From assembly GCA_008632985.1 (NCBI GenBank), contig QPGO01000134.1, forward strand, positions 186,001 to 228,890: a stretch of 42,890 bases of DNA. The letters are read 5' to 3'. The notes under the pieces were generated by a model. The model ran no database searches. It saw only the letters and a program-made list of their open reading frames with translations, and had not been told where the DNA came from. Source of the stretch: Psammoneis japonica (Eukaryota). The position numbers and the translations under genes were made by a program. Below, piece by piece: positions 12,140 to 24,649 of the stretch. How positions within the stretch are numbered: position 1 is the stretch's first letter; each line of letters opens with the position of its first letter.

Positions 12140-12673
12140 CTTGTTGTTGTAGTCGTTGGGAAGGATCGAAAATTATGACGATTTCAAGGTTGTCGTTGTG
12201 CTTCCAGCGTGTGTGACTCGGTGCAAGGTACTGATGACAATGCCTGACACAGAGAACCGAATTCTTGTGTTACTGAAGCAACAAGATACAACAAAGGTTC
12301 AGGTTGTTGTGAGTGACGCAGAGAAAACAACGATGGCGATGGAAATTCCCTCCACACCACGAGTGACGTGGTTGGTGTCAATCTTTGATCTCCGTACAAA
12401 ACTTGCGTTGGATTCTACGAAGCTCTAAAGATACACTCAATATCCGGGTTTTTCGGAGATGAAGTGCGTGTTGTTTGCCGCGTTGTTTGAGATGCGTGTT
12501 TCGTGCGCGCGTTTTCGTGACATCATCCGACATATTTTAATATATCCGGGTGCCTTTTTATTCGAATTCAAATTTTGCGTTGTCGTCCAAACTGCCAACT
12601 TCAAACTGCCAATCACCACAAAGACGCTACCACCCACCTTTCTGCCGGTGCTACCAGCATCTCTTTTGAGATT

Positions 12674-13984
12674 ATGGGAAGCAACAGTCGAGTTTTAGTT
12701 CTTTTGCTAATCGTTTCATGTGTGACGTTGCTATCAAACCAAACTTCGGTGCGAAGTGTGCACCATTTATACTTTGGCATCAAGCAATATGCTCCCGATG
12801 AGACGGAGGACATAAGCACCCGAAATGACGAGCGTTTGCAGGAGAAAAGTGCGAATGCTGTATCAAACGTCAGAAATAACCCAGTGAAAAAAGTCAAGAA
12901 TCCCATACATTCCGAAAACAAGATGATCAATAGTCGCATAAAAAAGAAACCGAGCAACGCCGTCAAAAGAAGCAAGTTTTTCAACAATCACACCTGTGTA
13001 ACCCAGGGTGACCCTGATTTTCCGACCGACTGGAGACGCCGTGCTCCTCATTTTGTGCTGTTGGGTGCCATGAAGGCAGGGACGGAAACCTTAATGTACT
13101 ATTTGAGACAACACGAACAGATTGTGAAACCAAAAGACAAGGAAGCAAACTTTTTGGGTCAAGAAACCTATCAAAGCATATTTACTCCTAATGGTATTTT
13201 GCGCAAGAATGCTCGAGACGTTTACGCTGCATACCTGAGAAAGGAAACCCTCGTGTACACCAAGGAGGATATCAAGAAGAATGCTTCACTCGTAGCTTCG
13301 GACAACACGCCGCATTACATTTTTTGGAATGATGTGGTTCCGGCACGTCTCTTTTGTATAGCGCCATGGGTAAAGCTCATCCTGTTGCTTCGCGATCCCG
13401 TGGAACGATGTTTTTCGCATTACACAATGTCGACGAATACTAGAATTCGCAAGGGATTGGAGACATCCGATTTCGAAACATGGATTATCAAAGACTTGCG
13501 TCGGATGCGAGATTCCGGTCTGATACCACAAGATAAGAAATGGGAAAGTCAGGATGAATATGATGCGTTTGCCGGCTCGCCACAAGAGCAAGAAGCTTGG
13601 ATGACATATACTGGCCAAGATATCGGAAAGAAATATCACGAATCCGTCGTTGGCAAGAGCCTGTACTCCATTCAATTACGAAACTGGTTGCGTGTCATGG
13701 ATAGAGTCGGCAAACCTAGGTCGGATCTGTTGGTGCTAAGGTCAGAAGAAATGAGAACAAACCCGAAAGAAGTCATTGATCGAGTCATTGATTTCATCGG
13801 TTTGCCTCAGTCAGGAATTACTCCCGACACTCATGAACAACATCATGGACGGTACAGGTCTACTATGAGCAACGAGACGCGATCTATGCTACAAAACTTT
13901 TTCGAGCCTTACAATAGAGACCTCTACAAAATGCTGGGGAAAGAGTGGGATGGTGTGTGGGACAAATCAACGACTGCGCCGTAG
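12674..13984 (+). CDS. Golgi-type sulfotransferase (heparan sulfate 3-O/N-sulfotransferase-like, type II membrane)
   Basis: N-terminal TM anchor, 5'-PSB PHFVLLGAMKAGT, KE motif, 3'-PB KLILLLRDPVERCFSHY, C-terminal FFEPYNRDLYKML. Confidence 0.9.
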   Translation: MGSNSRVLVLLLIVSCVTLLSNQTSVRSVHHLYFGIKQYAPDETEDISTRNDERLQEKSANAVSNVRNNPVKKVKNPIHSENKMINSRIKKKPSNAVKRSKFFNNHTCVTQGDPDFPTDWRRRAPHFVLLGAMKAGTETLMYYLRQHEQIVKPKDKEANFLGQETYQSIFTPNGILRKNARDVYAAYLRKETLVYTKEDIKKNASLVASDNTPHYIFWNDVVPARLFCIAPWVKLILLLRDPVERCFSHYTMSTNTRIRKGLETSDFETWIIKDLRRMRDSGLIPQDKKWESQDEYDAFAGSPQEQEAWMTYTGQDIGKKYHESVVGKSLYSIQLRNWLRVMDRVGKPRSDLLVLRSEEMRTNPKEVIDRVIDFIGLPQSGITPDTHEQHHGRYRSTMSNETRSMLQNFFEPYNRDLYKMLGKEWDGVWDKSTTAP

Positions 13985-14021
13985 TTGTCATCGATGAAAG
14001 TTGCAGCGACCTACCATCATA

Positions 14022-15877
14022 TCATCGTCGCTCAAACACGCAAAGAGTTTCCACGTGGTCGCTCCCTGGAAATAAAATATAACCCGTCGCACTCTTCAAC
14101 ACCCACCCACCCTGACTTGCCAAAAGTCGGTCGCAATCCCTTGCAAGAGCATCAAAACCACAGCTTACATAAACTAGAGTACGAACATCATTGGTCCAGT
14201 TGACTCTTGCATCAGGAATCATTAACATTGTCGCGTCTTCCACAAAATCTTGGTCGCGAGAAATGGGTTTGCACAGTTCGGTCAACACTTCTGGTTCCAA
14301 TCCCTTGCGAGGTGGATCCACAATCAAGACATTGGCTCCAAGCGCATCTCCTTCATGCAGGGCTTGCGAGGCTGAAGCAACCAAGTAGCTTGTCTTTTCT
14401 TCAATACTTTTGGGTCCATAATCATCATATCCTCGGCGGGATTTCTTGTTGTTCTGTCCAGTAACTTCTTGTGGCCTGTACAAGTAAAAACATTGCCAGA
14501 AATACATAATTCACGAAAGCTTTGTCAGTATCAACACTTAGCATACACTATTCGTTCATCGACTTACATGCTGCTCACCGCCCGTTTAAAGCATCGGGGG
14601 TTGGCGGGATTTTCATCGCTGCATCGTAACCATTGCAAGGGTGTCCCTTGTTGAGCGTGGTGCGACAAGGCGGTCAAGCCTAAAACTCCAACACCGGCAT
14701 ACAACTCGCAGACACGACTGTTTGCCGGTACGGTACGAGCAACATTCAAGGCCAAAACATCAAATCCATCCATATTTCCCTGACGAAATGCAGATGGCGT
14801 AAAGTACAAGAGTCCATTCTTAACGTCGCTCTTGTTGATGGATGGAATCGGTTCTCGGACAAACTCGGGACCCCATACCAAATGCCACCGATTTGGATTT
14901 CGGGCAAAGATATTATTCTTGACGCCGTCATTGCAATGGCACCACATGCTGTGCCAAAGATTGGGTTCCGCCTTGAGTAAAGCCTTGGTCAAGCGCGAAA
15001 CGCCCGGCTGTGTTTGTTTCAACTGTGCGGCATTCCATACAAGAGTCAAACAAATCTTGGCCGTGCTTCGATCCACTTGCAACTGAACATAACGCAAGCC
15101 TCCTTCACCACTATCTTCATCATAGGCGGCAGTCCCCACCTTGGCGGTAGCATCCACCAACGCCTGAGCAGCCTTGTTGATGGATGGATGATGAACCTTG
15201 CACTGTGGAATCGACACGACCTTGTGGGATGCACGCTGATAGAGTCCAAAACTACAGCCATCTTTACCCCACGAGGATGATTTGGGTGCGACAGCCAATT
15301 TTGCTTGAGTCCGCCATCCCACCAAGGAGGACGGTACGACAAGCTTGTAAAAGTCATCTCCTTCTTGAACCATTTCTTCCCTGCTGCCAATCAAATCAAA
15401 GCGGTGTTTTCGTACAGCCGGACTGGAAAAGTAGAGCTTGGACGATTCGAGAATGTCAACGGATCCCACCTTGTCATTCACCACACAACCGGGACAAACA
15501 TCAAAATGCTCACAACCAATTGGGTCAACCAATCGTTCCTCGTTGGTGCTCATGTCATTATCATTGTTGATAAAGAGTGGTTGGCGCCCTTGGTCGTCTT
15601 TATGTTTTTGTTGCTTCTTTTTTACTGTGTATCGTCGTTTTTGTTGCCACTTTTTGTTACGGGGAGGAGATCCACTGCCACGATTTCCCTGTCTTGAAGT
15701 AGAGGCTGCTGCAAGCTGTAATAAAGAATAAGGCTTTTGTACCGACGCTGCTATTGTTCTTGGCGGGGAGAATCCGACAACAAAGAACGTTTGATCAACC
15801 GACAACAGCAACAACAATCCAATTGTTCCCAACACCATTGAAGTCTGAAAGAGTGTTGCGCACATCATATTTTTCAT
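14022..15877 (-). CDS. RNA (uracil-5)-methyltransferase, TrmA/RlmD family, probably plastid-targeted; 2 exons (15877-14568, 14475-14022)
   Basis: CEHFDVCPGC (Fe-S motif), FRQGN, ELYAGVG, VDPPRKGL, LVYVSC (catalytic Cys), FPGSDHVET. Leader ends in VVG-FSP. Confidence 0.92.
14476..14567 (-). other. Spliceosomal intron (92 bp)
   Basis: AT|GTAAGT donor and TTGTACAG|G acceptor; the join reads SSMPQEV in frame. Confidence 0.9.
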
Positions 15878-16045
15878 CAATCTTTGTTGGACAGTGCTTT
15901 GCCACAGTGAATTATATAATATTACGGCATAGCAATTGCGTCACTTTCCACAATTCTCAGCTGTGATGATTGATGTTGTCGGTGGGGCGGAATGCTGATG
16001 ATTTGATGATGGCGGATGATGGATGCAAAGCTGAAAATTTTTTTT

Positions 16046-16147
16046 GGAGGGACGCGGAGCGTCCCTGGAGGGACATTTGTCCCGCGGAGCGGGGAGGGAC
16101 GCGCGAAGCGCGCCCCCGAGGGACAGGGTGTCCCTCGGGTCCCTCGC
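16046..16147. repeat. GC-rich cluster of nested short inverted repeats
   Basis: AGGGACGC-GGA-GCGTCCCT (16048-16066), GGGACA-TT-TGTCCC, CCCGC-GGA-GCGGG, CGCGC-GAA-GCGCG (16100-16112), CCCGAGGGACA-GGG-TGTCCCTCGGG (16115-16139). Confidence 0.9.
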
Positions 16148-16334
16148 AAATCGGCCGGAAATCGACGGGTGGAGCCGGCGACCAGACCGGTCACCCTACG
16201 ACGGACGACAGACGGTCCGACCACTGCACTACCGCCGCTCGCTCGTTGCTGCTGTCTACCGTTTTCATTGCCATTGTTGCGATTCGTTGCGATTGGACTT
16301 GTATGGCATGCGCTGTTGGCATCATTTGTCCATA

Positions 16335-17314
16335 ATGCCATCTCTCATCAATGAAAAAGATGCTCCAACTGCACAGGCCCAGGACGGGTTGGAACCACCA
16401 GCAACCACTGCAGCAGGCACAATCTTCTACTCGCATCACAGCAATCCATGCAAGAAGGACAAGTCCAGCGACGAGCCGAGCGACGAGGCAAAAGCGAGTG
16501 AGGTGGACCACATCAATCGACTTGCTACTGAGCTTGAGGCCTCCTTTTTGGAAGATTCAAATGAGGATGAGGCAGAAGAGCGCGAAGACGAATCCATGAT
16601 GCTCCAAGCATGCGCAGAAATGCAAGACAAAGCAGACCGAACCGAAGATGGCTACAAGACGGCGGTCGCAGCATTTAACGTTTTTGCCAAAAAAACAGGA
16701 TATCCACCAGTCCATCAGTTGGAACGAAAGCATCTACGTGGAGAGACTCTCACTGTGCCGAACTGCAGCAAATTGATGAGGCAATTCTGCACTTTCTTGA
16801 TGGAGCACAAGATTGAACGCGAAGGTGCTCGCAAGGGGACTCATTGGAAGCCCAAGTCGCAGGCACAATGTGATTCTGGTGTGTACATGGTGCTCAAGAA
16901 GAAGTTGGGGCATGGAGCACTTTACAAAAAATCCGAGCATGACGAACTCAACAAATCTCTAAAAGCAAGGGCCTGCGCACGCTGTTTACAAGTGAGGAGA
17001 AGGAGCATTTCAATGGCAGCAATCGTCCTCAAGCAAAGGATGATGACAACTACATGGCTTGGTGGGACAGGGCTTGCAAGATATTGAAATCCGTGTCTCT
17101 CAAGCACATTTTTAATTTGGTTGAGCAGCACAACAAAGCCGTGCCCTTGTGCAACAAGCTGGTTGATGAAAAGAAGGCAGCATCAACTCGCAGCTTCAAA
17201 GCCAGCACAAGTGAGGAGAGGAAGGTTATTGATGGAAAATCCAAATTGGAAAACAAAGTGGGAGCTGTTGTTTCGGTATTGGAAAAAACTGCAAACGATG
17301 ATGAACAAGATTGA
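16335..17314 (+). mobile_element. Probable defective tyrosine-recombinase (Crypton-like) element ORF, core-binding domain only
   Basis: An acidic N-terminus is followed by TEDGYKTAVAAFNVF...LMRQFCTFLME...KPKSQAQCDSGVYMVL, resembling the YR N-terminal SAM-like domain. No RHRY catalytic domain seen. A second ORF piece lies at 17054..17314, next to the hairpin cluster. Confidence 0.5.
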
Positions 17315-17362
17315 GAAAGAGGGCAAGAGGGCGGCGGCTTAAAAACTCCAGTCACATTGACA

Positions 17363-17542
17363 GCAGATTAGCATGCTATTTGCATCACTAGTGTTTATTG
17401 TAAGAGTCTCAAATTTAACAACCTAACATGCTCCATCATGCGACACCACTGGTAGTTTCGGATCGACGGCAGATTAGCTTGCTGTTTGCACCACTGGCAT
17501 TCATTGTAGGAGTCTTAATTTTAACTACTGCATCATATGCTC
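17363..17542 (+). repeat. Imperfect ~70-bp direct repeat with ~106-bp period
   Basis: GCAGATTAGCATGCTATTTGCATCACTAG... at 17363 versus GCAGATTAGCTTGCTGTTTGCACCACTGG... at 17469. Confidence 0.75.
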
Positions 17543-17799
17543 TATCACATGTCACACGACATACGATGGTGTGACACTACCAATAGTTTCGGATTGACCA
17601 TTGGGAATCGAAATGCTGCACAACCTGCATCCTTCGTACACGCTTTCCCTAGAGTGCGCGCTTCTCCAAATTTGAAATTGCTGCATGGTTTCAAACAAAA
17701 CAGAAATCCATAATTCACAATGACACACAATGGAATCAAAGTCATTGGATGTATTGTACAATTTATGTTAAGAATGAAATAAGCAACGGGAAAATCGGT

Positions 17800-20150
17800 G
17801 AAAGTATCATTGAGATATCACGCCGTAAAGTGGGACACCGGCGGCTCGCATCATTGTGCTGCTGCAGTTTGCTGCGTGCAAATTGACTTGGTGAAATTTT
17901 GTGAGGGTTTCGTGTCCCTTGGAAATTGTGCGTGTTGTGTGCGATTGATTATGTGTCTGTGTATGGCACTTGTATGCGTGTCGTGTCCCTCAGGAATTGG
18001 GTGTACTGTCCCTCTGAGTCGGTCTAACACAGAAAATGCGCGAATGAATGAAAGGCAGGCAGGGGGGGGAAACAGTTGCGTTGGGCGGGTGGACAGGCGC
18101 CAACAACCCCATGCTGTTTGTCCGTCATTGCGCACACACGTGAATCTCTCCGAATGAATGAGTTCACTTCAAGTTCATCTTGGCACTCAGTGAGTGCTGT
18201 GCAACATGCCAGTTGAGTGCATGGCCCTTGTTTTGTGGTGTGGGCTCACCTGCAGACATGACTCGAAATCTTGGGTGTCAGCGCACATCACAAGACATTT
18301 TCCAGCATCTGCCAGTTGTTGTCAGCGCCGCGCATGTCAGCACATGCTCCCTCAAGACACAAGGGCCATGACAGACATGTCAAGCAGCAGAAGATGTCTT
18401 GCTGATGGCAGGGTGTGGCTGCAGTGTGTGACAGATTGTGTGAGTCAGCGAGCGTCCATCTTGTGTGGTGTGTGCAACGCGCCGTTGTCATGTGTGGCCA
18501 GCTCTTGCAGGGCCTGCTGCATGGCAGTCCGCCCAGCATTTGGTCTTCTCATGCTCTTGTTTGACAAGTGCCAAAACTGCCCTGTGGTGCACTGGTGGTC
18601 TGTGCATTTAGAGAATTGTCTTGTTTGTCAGCGAGCTGAGCAACAAGGCCCTGTTTTCTGTCCTGGGCACATTGCCACTTGGAAGACTGCACACAGCACC
18701 TCAAATGAGGACAGTTCTCTGCTGAACACTGACTGCGCTGGACTTGCATGTTGAGTGGCTGGCAGAAGCGTGTGCTGGGGTGGTTGGCCAGTTAGAGTGT
18801 CCAATGGCGGCAAAGTTAGTTTCCGTGTGGACGATGTACAGACGCAACGAAGGACAGCCGCTCCGATCCCATGCACCACTTGTCAGACACTGTTGTTTGT
18901 GCTCTGCTTTGATGTCATTTTGTGTCAATTTGTGGAGTGATTGTTGGGTGATCCACTCAGCAACTTTGTCATTTTTCACTGCTGGCACAGGCAGATTTTC
19001 TAAAATGTGGAGTGTGAAGAGGTGCAAATGCACTGCAGACTTGGCTGTTTGCTTGAGTGTTGAAGACAAATGTGTCTGTGTTGAGGATGGATTGACAAGC
19101 AAAGGTCATTTTTTGTGCTGAGAGCTCACATTTTTTTTGTTTTTGAGAAAAAGGGCACACCCCACACAAAGTGCGCAAGGTTTGCCAAAATGAAATTTTG
19201 ACAATGAGCAGAACTTTGTCTGTTCACAAGACATTGTGCACACAAAATGGCAACGACCATGTGCAATGTTCAGCTTGGTGCAAACACGTCTGTGGCGAGT
19301 CAAATGCCAGCCCTTGGCATTTCCTTGGAGATTGTGGCTTGCCAGCCACAAGCAGCAGTGCAATTTTGTAAAAAAGAGCAGATTGTTGAATGTGACAATT
19401 GCACACCAAATCTGACAATTGGAGCTTGAATGTTTGGACCCCACACTTGGAAAGGAGCCCCACCAGCAAGTCATGTTCTTGGTGTGGCAAAAATGTCTGA
19501 GCAATGCAGAGCCATGCATCTCAGTGGCAGAGCCAGCTGCAATTCTCACAAATGAGCACAAACCTCTTTTGTCCCATTGCACTGCAACCACATCCAAGTG
19601 ATTGCCTCAACATTTTGGTGGTTGACAGCAGAGTGCATCATCTTGCAGTTGGATGACCAGAGTGCTCCAGCTGAGTTTGGCAAAAAAAAGCTGACTTGTT
19701 GGCATGGCCCCAAAGTCTTGAGGTTCATGTGAAGTCTCTCAAGACCATGTCCAGCTTCTCAAGATTGTCTTTAAAGGATCCCTTTGTTGTGGCAAGCAAG
19801 TTGCTTGTATCCTGTTCAGGCTCCTGGGCAGAAGACAGGCTCTCAACAATGCTGTCGTCATGTGTTGGCTTCCAGGTCAAGATCACTTTGGGATCAAAAG
19901 AATCCCTTCACAAATGTCACCAAGGTGGTGAGACAAATGATGAAGAATGAAAGTGGAAACGGCACGCCGACGTTTGTTTGCCTTGGAGCTCGCAGCCGCC
20001 CAGTTTTTCCTCCCCTGCTCAAGATTCTTGCAGATTGCAACACACTGCACACACTGCCAAAAGTGCCATTTCATCACACGACCCTGTGCTGAGGTGTTTC
20101 TTACAACTGCTCGAAGCAACAGTCGGACGAGACTGGGATCGTCGTCAACT
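17800..20150. repeat. Degenerate TpA/CpG-depleted repeat relic, unclassified
   Basis: Almost no TA dinucleotides. The six-frame ORFs are Cys/His-rich and Tyr-poor, matching the composition of the repeats at 22.7-38 kb. Confidence 0.6.
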
Positions 20151-20502
20151 TTTTTCGGTTGCTGCGTTCATGGCAAGAACAAGATCGGTTTTTGAATCAA
20201 TCCCGTATGATCACGACTGACACGCATCTTTCGGTCGCACAACTTGGATGACGTCATCTTCGGTATGGTCATTGAGGCATTTGGTTTGTTCGGCGGAGTT
20301 CGTGACCTTCCAAAACCAGACATTCGTACTTTTACATATGCCCTTCACAATATTTTCGATCTTGGGCGTCGTTTGATGAGCTTTCATTGGGTTGTTGCCA
20401 TTGACGTTTCTCCCTTCGCATAATTTGGATGTTCGGCTTTTGGCGTAACATAATCCACTCTCTTGCTGGAACACAGAAGACGAAAGACGATACAGGTAGA
20501 CA

Positions 20503-22361
20503 ATGATGTTGCGATCCCTCTCCACAACGACGACGACACTCTTGGTGGCGCTGCTCTCGGGGTTACACTGTGTCGTTCACCCTGTTCAGGCTCGCATCAT
20601 TCCTCCATCATCAACCACTTGCGCCAGTGACACGGGCGGCAATACCTACCACGTCGGTCCCGGGCAAACCTACGCTACTATTGGGGCCGCTCCTCTGGAT
20701 ACGTTGGAACCCGGTGATTGGGTGTGCATTCACTACAGTGCCACACCGTATGCGGAAAAGTTTGTCTTGAATGTCAACGGCAATGCGACTCATCCCATTG
20801 TCGTGACGGGTGTGGCGTCGGCCGACGACCCCGTCTTGTTGCCAATAATCGATGCGGCGGGCGCCACGACGCCCACCTATCTAAATTATTGGAATGAAGA
20901 TCGATCTTTGATCAAGATTGGGGCGGCGAGTTACCCCACGGGCACGGCCTCGTATATTCGCGTCCAGTACTTGAAACTGCAAAATGCGCATCCGAACTAC
21001 ACGTTTACCGATGACACGGGAGCCGGGGCAAGGTTTATCGCAGCAATGCAGCCTGTGTGCACGTCGAACAGGGCAGTCATATTGAAATTGTGGGGAATGA
21101 AATTACGGCCTGTGGCAATGGGATTTTTATCGGTGGACCCAACGTGTCCGACATTTTGATTGAACGCAATTACATTTACGGCAATGGCATTTCCGGATCC
21201 ATTTATGAACACAACACGTACACGGAAGCGGCGGGCATTACCTATCAGTACAACCGCTTTGGAGAATTGTGCAGCGATTGTTTGGGCAACAACTTGAAGG
21301 ATCGGTCGGCGGGATTGGTTGTGGCATACAACTTTATTCAAGGAGGCAATCGACAATTGGATCTGGTCGACTCGAGCAATTTGGTATCACACCCGGATTA
21401 CGACGAGACGCACGTGTACGGCAACCTCTTGGTCGAATACGACTTGCAAGGCAATCGTCAAATGGTCAACTTTGGAGGAGATTCGGGCAATACGGCCAAT
21501 TATCGATCTACGCTCTACTTTTATCACAATACCGCCTTGTCGACCCGGGCGGGCAAGTCCACCTTGTTAAGATTGGGGGCAAACTCCTTGACGGCATACC
21601 TGTCCAATAATGTCTTGGTGGCCACGGGCGCCGAAAGTTTAGAATTGTTGGCCGATAATGGTCCCGGAACTGTCTACGCAAAGCACAATTTGATTTCCGA
21701 CAATTACGTGCACTATTACTTTGGCTCGACTCCCTCCAATGTGGTGGAATCTGGTACCGTGCTGGAATCCCAAGTGGCTCCCGTGTTTAGCGATGCCAGT
21801 TACGACGCGGAACCGTACAACTTGCAGCTGGCTGGCTCCTTATTGTTTGGCACTGCCTTGGAAGCTGGTTCTCCCGCCGTTACATCGGAATATGTCATGC
21901 ATACAGCCTCTCAGAGTCGTAGCACTCTAGATCTTGGAGCCTACGGTTATGGTACACCTGCGCCCACCATCTCACCGTTTCCATCGAGCGCACCGTCCGA
22001 GTCCAAATCGCCCTCAGTGTCACCGAGTGCCTTTCCCTCTACCTCACCGTCGGTCCTACCTACCAAGGCTCCTACTGCACCAATCAATTGCTCGTTGTTG
22101 GGGGGCAAGGATGCCTGCAATGCCGAGATGGACTGTTTTTGGTGCGACGCCAATGGCGATCCCACCAATTCGGGCAAACCCGGCAATACTTGCTGTAGTA
22201 ACAGCAGTGGACCGACACCAACTCCTCCTACACCGACACCTCCTACACCTACGCTGGAACCTCCCACGTGTCCTGGAACGGGAGAGGGGCGAAATGGATC
22301 CTGTACCGTCGATTCCGATTGTATCAGTTGCAAGTGCAAAAACAATGGACGATGCCAGTAA
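20503..22361 (+). CDS. Secreted right-handed beta-helix (pectin-lyase-like) protein with a Pro/Ser/Thr linker and Cys-rich tail; frameshift near 21025
   Basis: Signal peptide, TYHVGPGQTY, LEPGD, parallel beta-helix repeats (IVGNEITACGNGIFI, ILIERNYIYGNG, NLKDRSAGLVVAYN, LYFYHNT), DLGAYG, PSxSPS repeats. The frames join at a GGGG run. Confidence 0.85.
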
Positions 22362-22664
22362 AAAAAGCCGATTTCGATACCTTTTGGCTACCGAGCAGGT
22401 GGGTAGAAGTACTTGTGTGACACTATTATACATTACTTCGAAATACATAAAACCAAACCAAAATAGCAATGGACTTTGGGAGTCGAACTTGCCGATTACA
22501 CGAACGTTTAAGACAGGTGCAGCCATTAGAGAATCGCTTGCTGACGTGGACTATGCACACAAATGGAAAACGAGTTTTATGTCTAGTAGATCCATGCAAA
22601 AGTGGAGATTCCAATTTTTGTACTCTTTTTAGCAGAGGAAAGCAAGAAGACATAAACAGTTAGA

Positions 22665-22990
22665 TTGCATGTTCTTTTAAAAAATCGTCAGCCGTGCCAT
22701 CTGGCGCTTGCATGCGACAATTGCAGGGGCCAAAACAAGAACAGAATGGTCACAAGGTCGATTCTGTGGCTTGTTGAGACAAAAAGATTCAAGAAAGTGC
22801 CTCTTGTGTGCCTTGCAGCTGGTCACTTGAAGAACCCTTGTGACGGGATGTTCAATCTGCTGATAAAGGACCACACAAACCTCAATCTTTTCACAGATGA
22901 TGGCCTCATTGGCACTTTGAATGGACACAAGGAGACCCTGGGAAGTTGTTTCAGTGGACGAAAAAAAGTCTGTTGAAACAGACTGTGGGT
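22665..22990 (+). mobile_element. DDE transposase fragment, Sola-like
   Basis: LALACDNCRGQNKN...LWLV...VCLAAGHLKNPCDGMF matches the DNCxGQNKN...xLxxGHTxNxxDxxF pattern. Confidence 0.7.
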
Positions 22991-24259
22991 TGGAACAGCA
23001 AGAAGGCACGTTGAAACTGACACCTTGTTGGTGCCGCTGTCACTCATTGCCCTGTGCACACACACTCATGTCAGTCAAACAGTGATTGAAAAACAATGCT
23101 GGGTGATGATGAAGCAGGCAGAGCAGCAAATGCATGGGAGAACAAACCATGTTCACATTGTGGCAAGATGAGGAGGGCTGCCTCCTTGTCATTGGGGTTG
23201 AAAAACAAAGGGAGAGAGGGGGCTCCATCTTGCCATCACCTCTCTGTCATTCAAACTGTGCAGAATTGGTTGATTTGGAAGACCACTCTTGGCATCTGTC
23301 AAGTGGACCCCTTTGCCATTTCAAACAACTGGAGATTGTTGGGTTAGATTGACACTTGTCAACGTGTCTTGCTTCCAGCAAACTTGGAATGAGACTGCAT
23401 TGTGCAAATTCCATGGCTCCAATGTTTTGTGATGCTTGTTTCCAAAACTCCAAGCACTGGTTGACTGCTTGTCAATGGACTCTCAACTGACCATGGGCTG
23501 AATGCTGCAGACCACAGCCAAGGCACAAGGCTTGGCATCATTTCTTTGTTGAGCTCCATGGAAGTCACAACTGGTTGCACTTTGTCAATCATGTGATCAG
23601 AGCTGGTTTTGTGCGAAGCAGCATCGGCACTGCAGCATTGTTGGGCACATTTTCACAGCCATGGATTCAACCCACTTCTTCAACCAGGTCGATTTCTTGA
23701 GTCAAATCTTTCTGCCAAGTCAGCGGCATGCAGGTGATTGACTTGTTGTCTTGCAACTCAATTGTCAGCCCCTGCTCCTCTGGAGTTTTTGGAATGACAG
23801 TGGTGGGGATCTCAATTCCAAGGATCTGTTCCAGCTTGCTTGGTTGCTGCAGTGCCATTGGATCATGTTTTCAGGTTTCTGTCCTGCGTCAACAATGCCA
23901 CCCAACAACTCACCACCCCCAGTCTCAAGGATGATTTCACATCATCGCCAACTTGCCTGTTTCATTTGAGTCAAGTCACAACATTTCATTTGAAGCAAAA
24001 AGAGCCAGGACTGTGCAGATTTAGACTGTGAGCAGTCTTTTCCATGGACAGCTGGTTGAAGTGTGTGGCCACTTTGACTGGAATGTCTGTTGTTGAATCA
24101 GAAATCTCAGAGCTGGTGCTGCCCATTGCACCGCCAACAGCAACTGCATCTTTGGCATCTGCAATGATGCACATTTCCAGCTTCAAGGCATGGCTTTTGT
24201 GAACAATCACTTCTGTTGTTTTGCCCTTTTTGGGTTCACAAACAATGATTTTGCCATCT

Positions 24260-24649
24260 GACGCGTTCCAGGTCTAGGTGGGACCTCGTACTACTGAACT
24301 GTGACATCGATAGTTTTTTGAATCACGTCGTATGTCGCGCACGTAGATTTCTACGTGATTTTTTTGACATTTTGTGTCATTTTACGGTACACTTACTGAG
24401 CGATCCGTCCAACAACTTTTGACATTTTTTGTTACAGCGCGATTCTATAATGTCTTAAGAATCGCGTAGGGCAGGTGCATTTGCAAAAACGTCGAGTGGT
24501 AAGAGGCATAATTGTACCACAAACTTGGCCGTTTATTTGATGTTGAAGATAAATATATCCATTAATTAAATTCTCGTAGTACGGAGCTCGCACGTAGAAT
24601 TCTACGGGCCCAATGTCACACGGAGTCCCACCTAGGGCTGGAACGCGTC
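24260..24649. mobile_element. MITE (390 bp), young copy with TSD ATCT
   Basis: TIR GACGCGTTCCAG..CTAGGTGGGAC at both ends. ATCT at 24256-24259 and 24650-24653. Non-coding, AT-rich interior. Confidence 0.93.

Noticed and set aside
16044..16334. N-terminal extension of the 347-aa ORF from TTG 16044
   Set aside because: It reads through the GC-rich hairpin region; the first ATG at 16335 is the plausible eukaryotic start.
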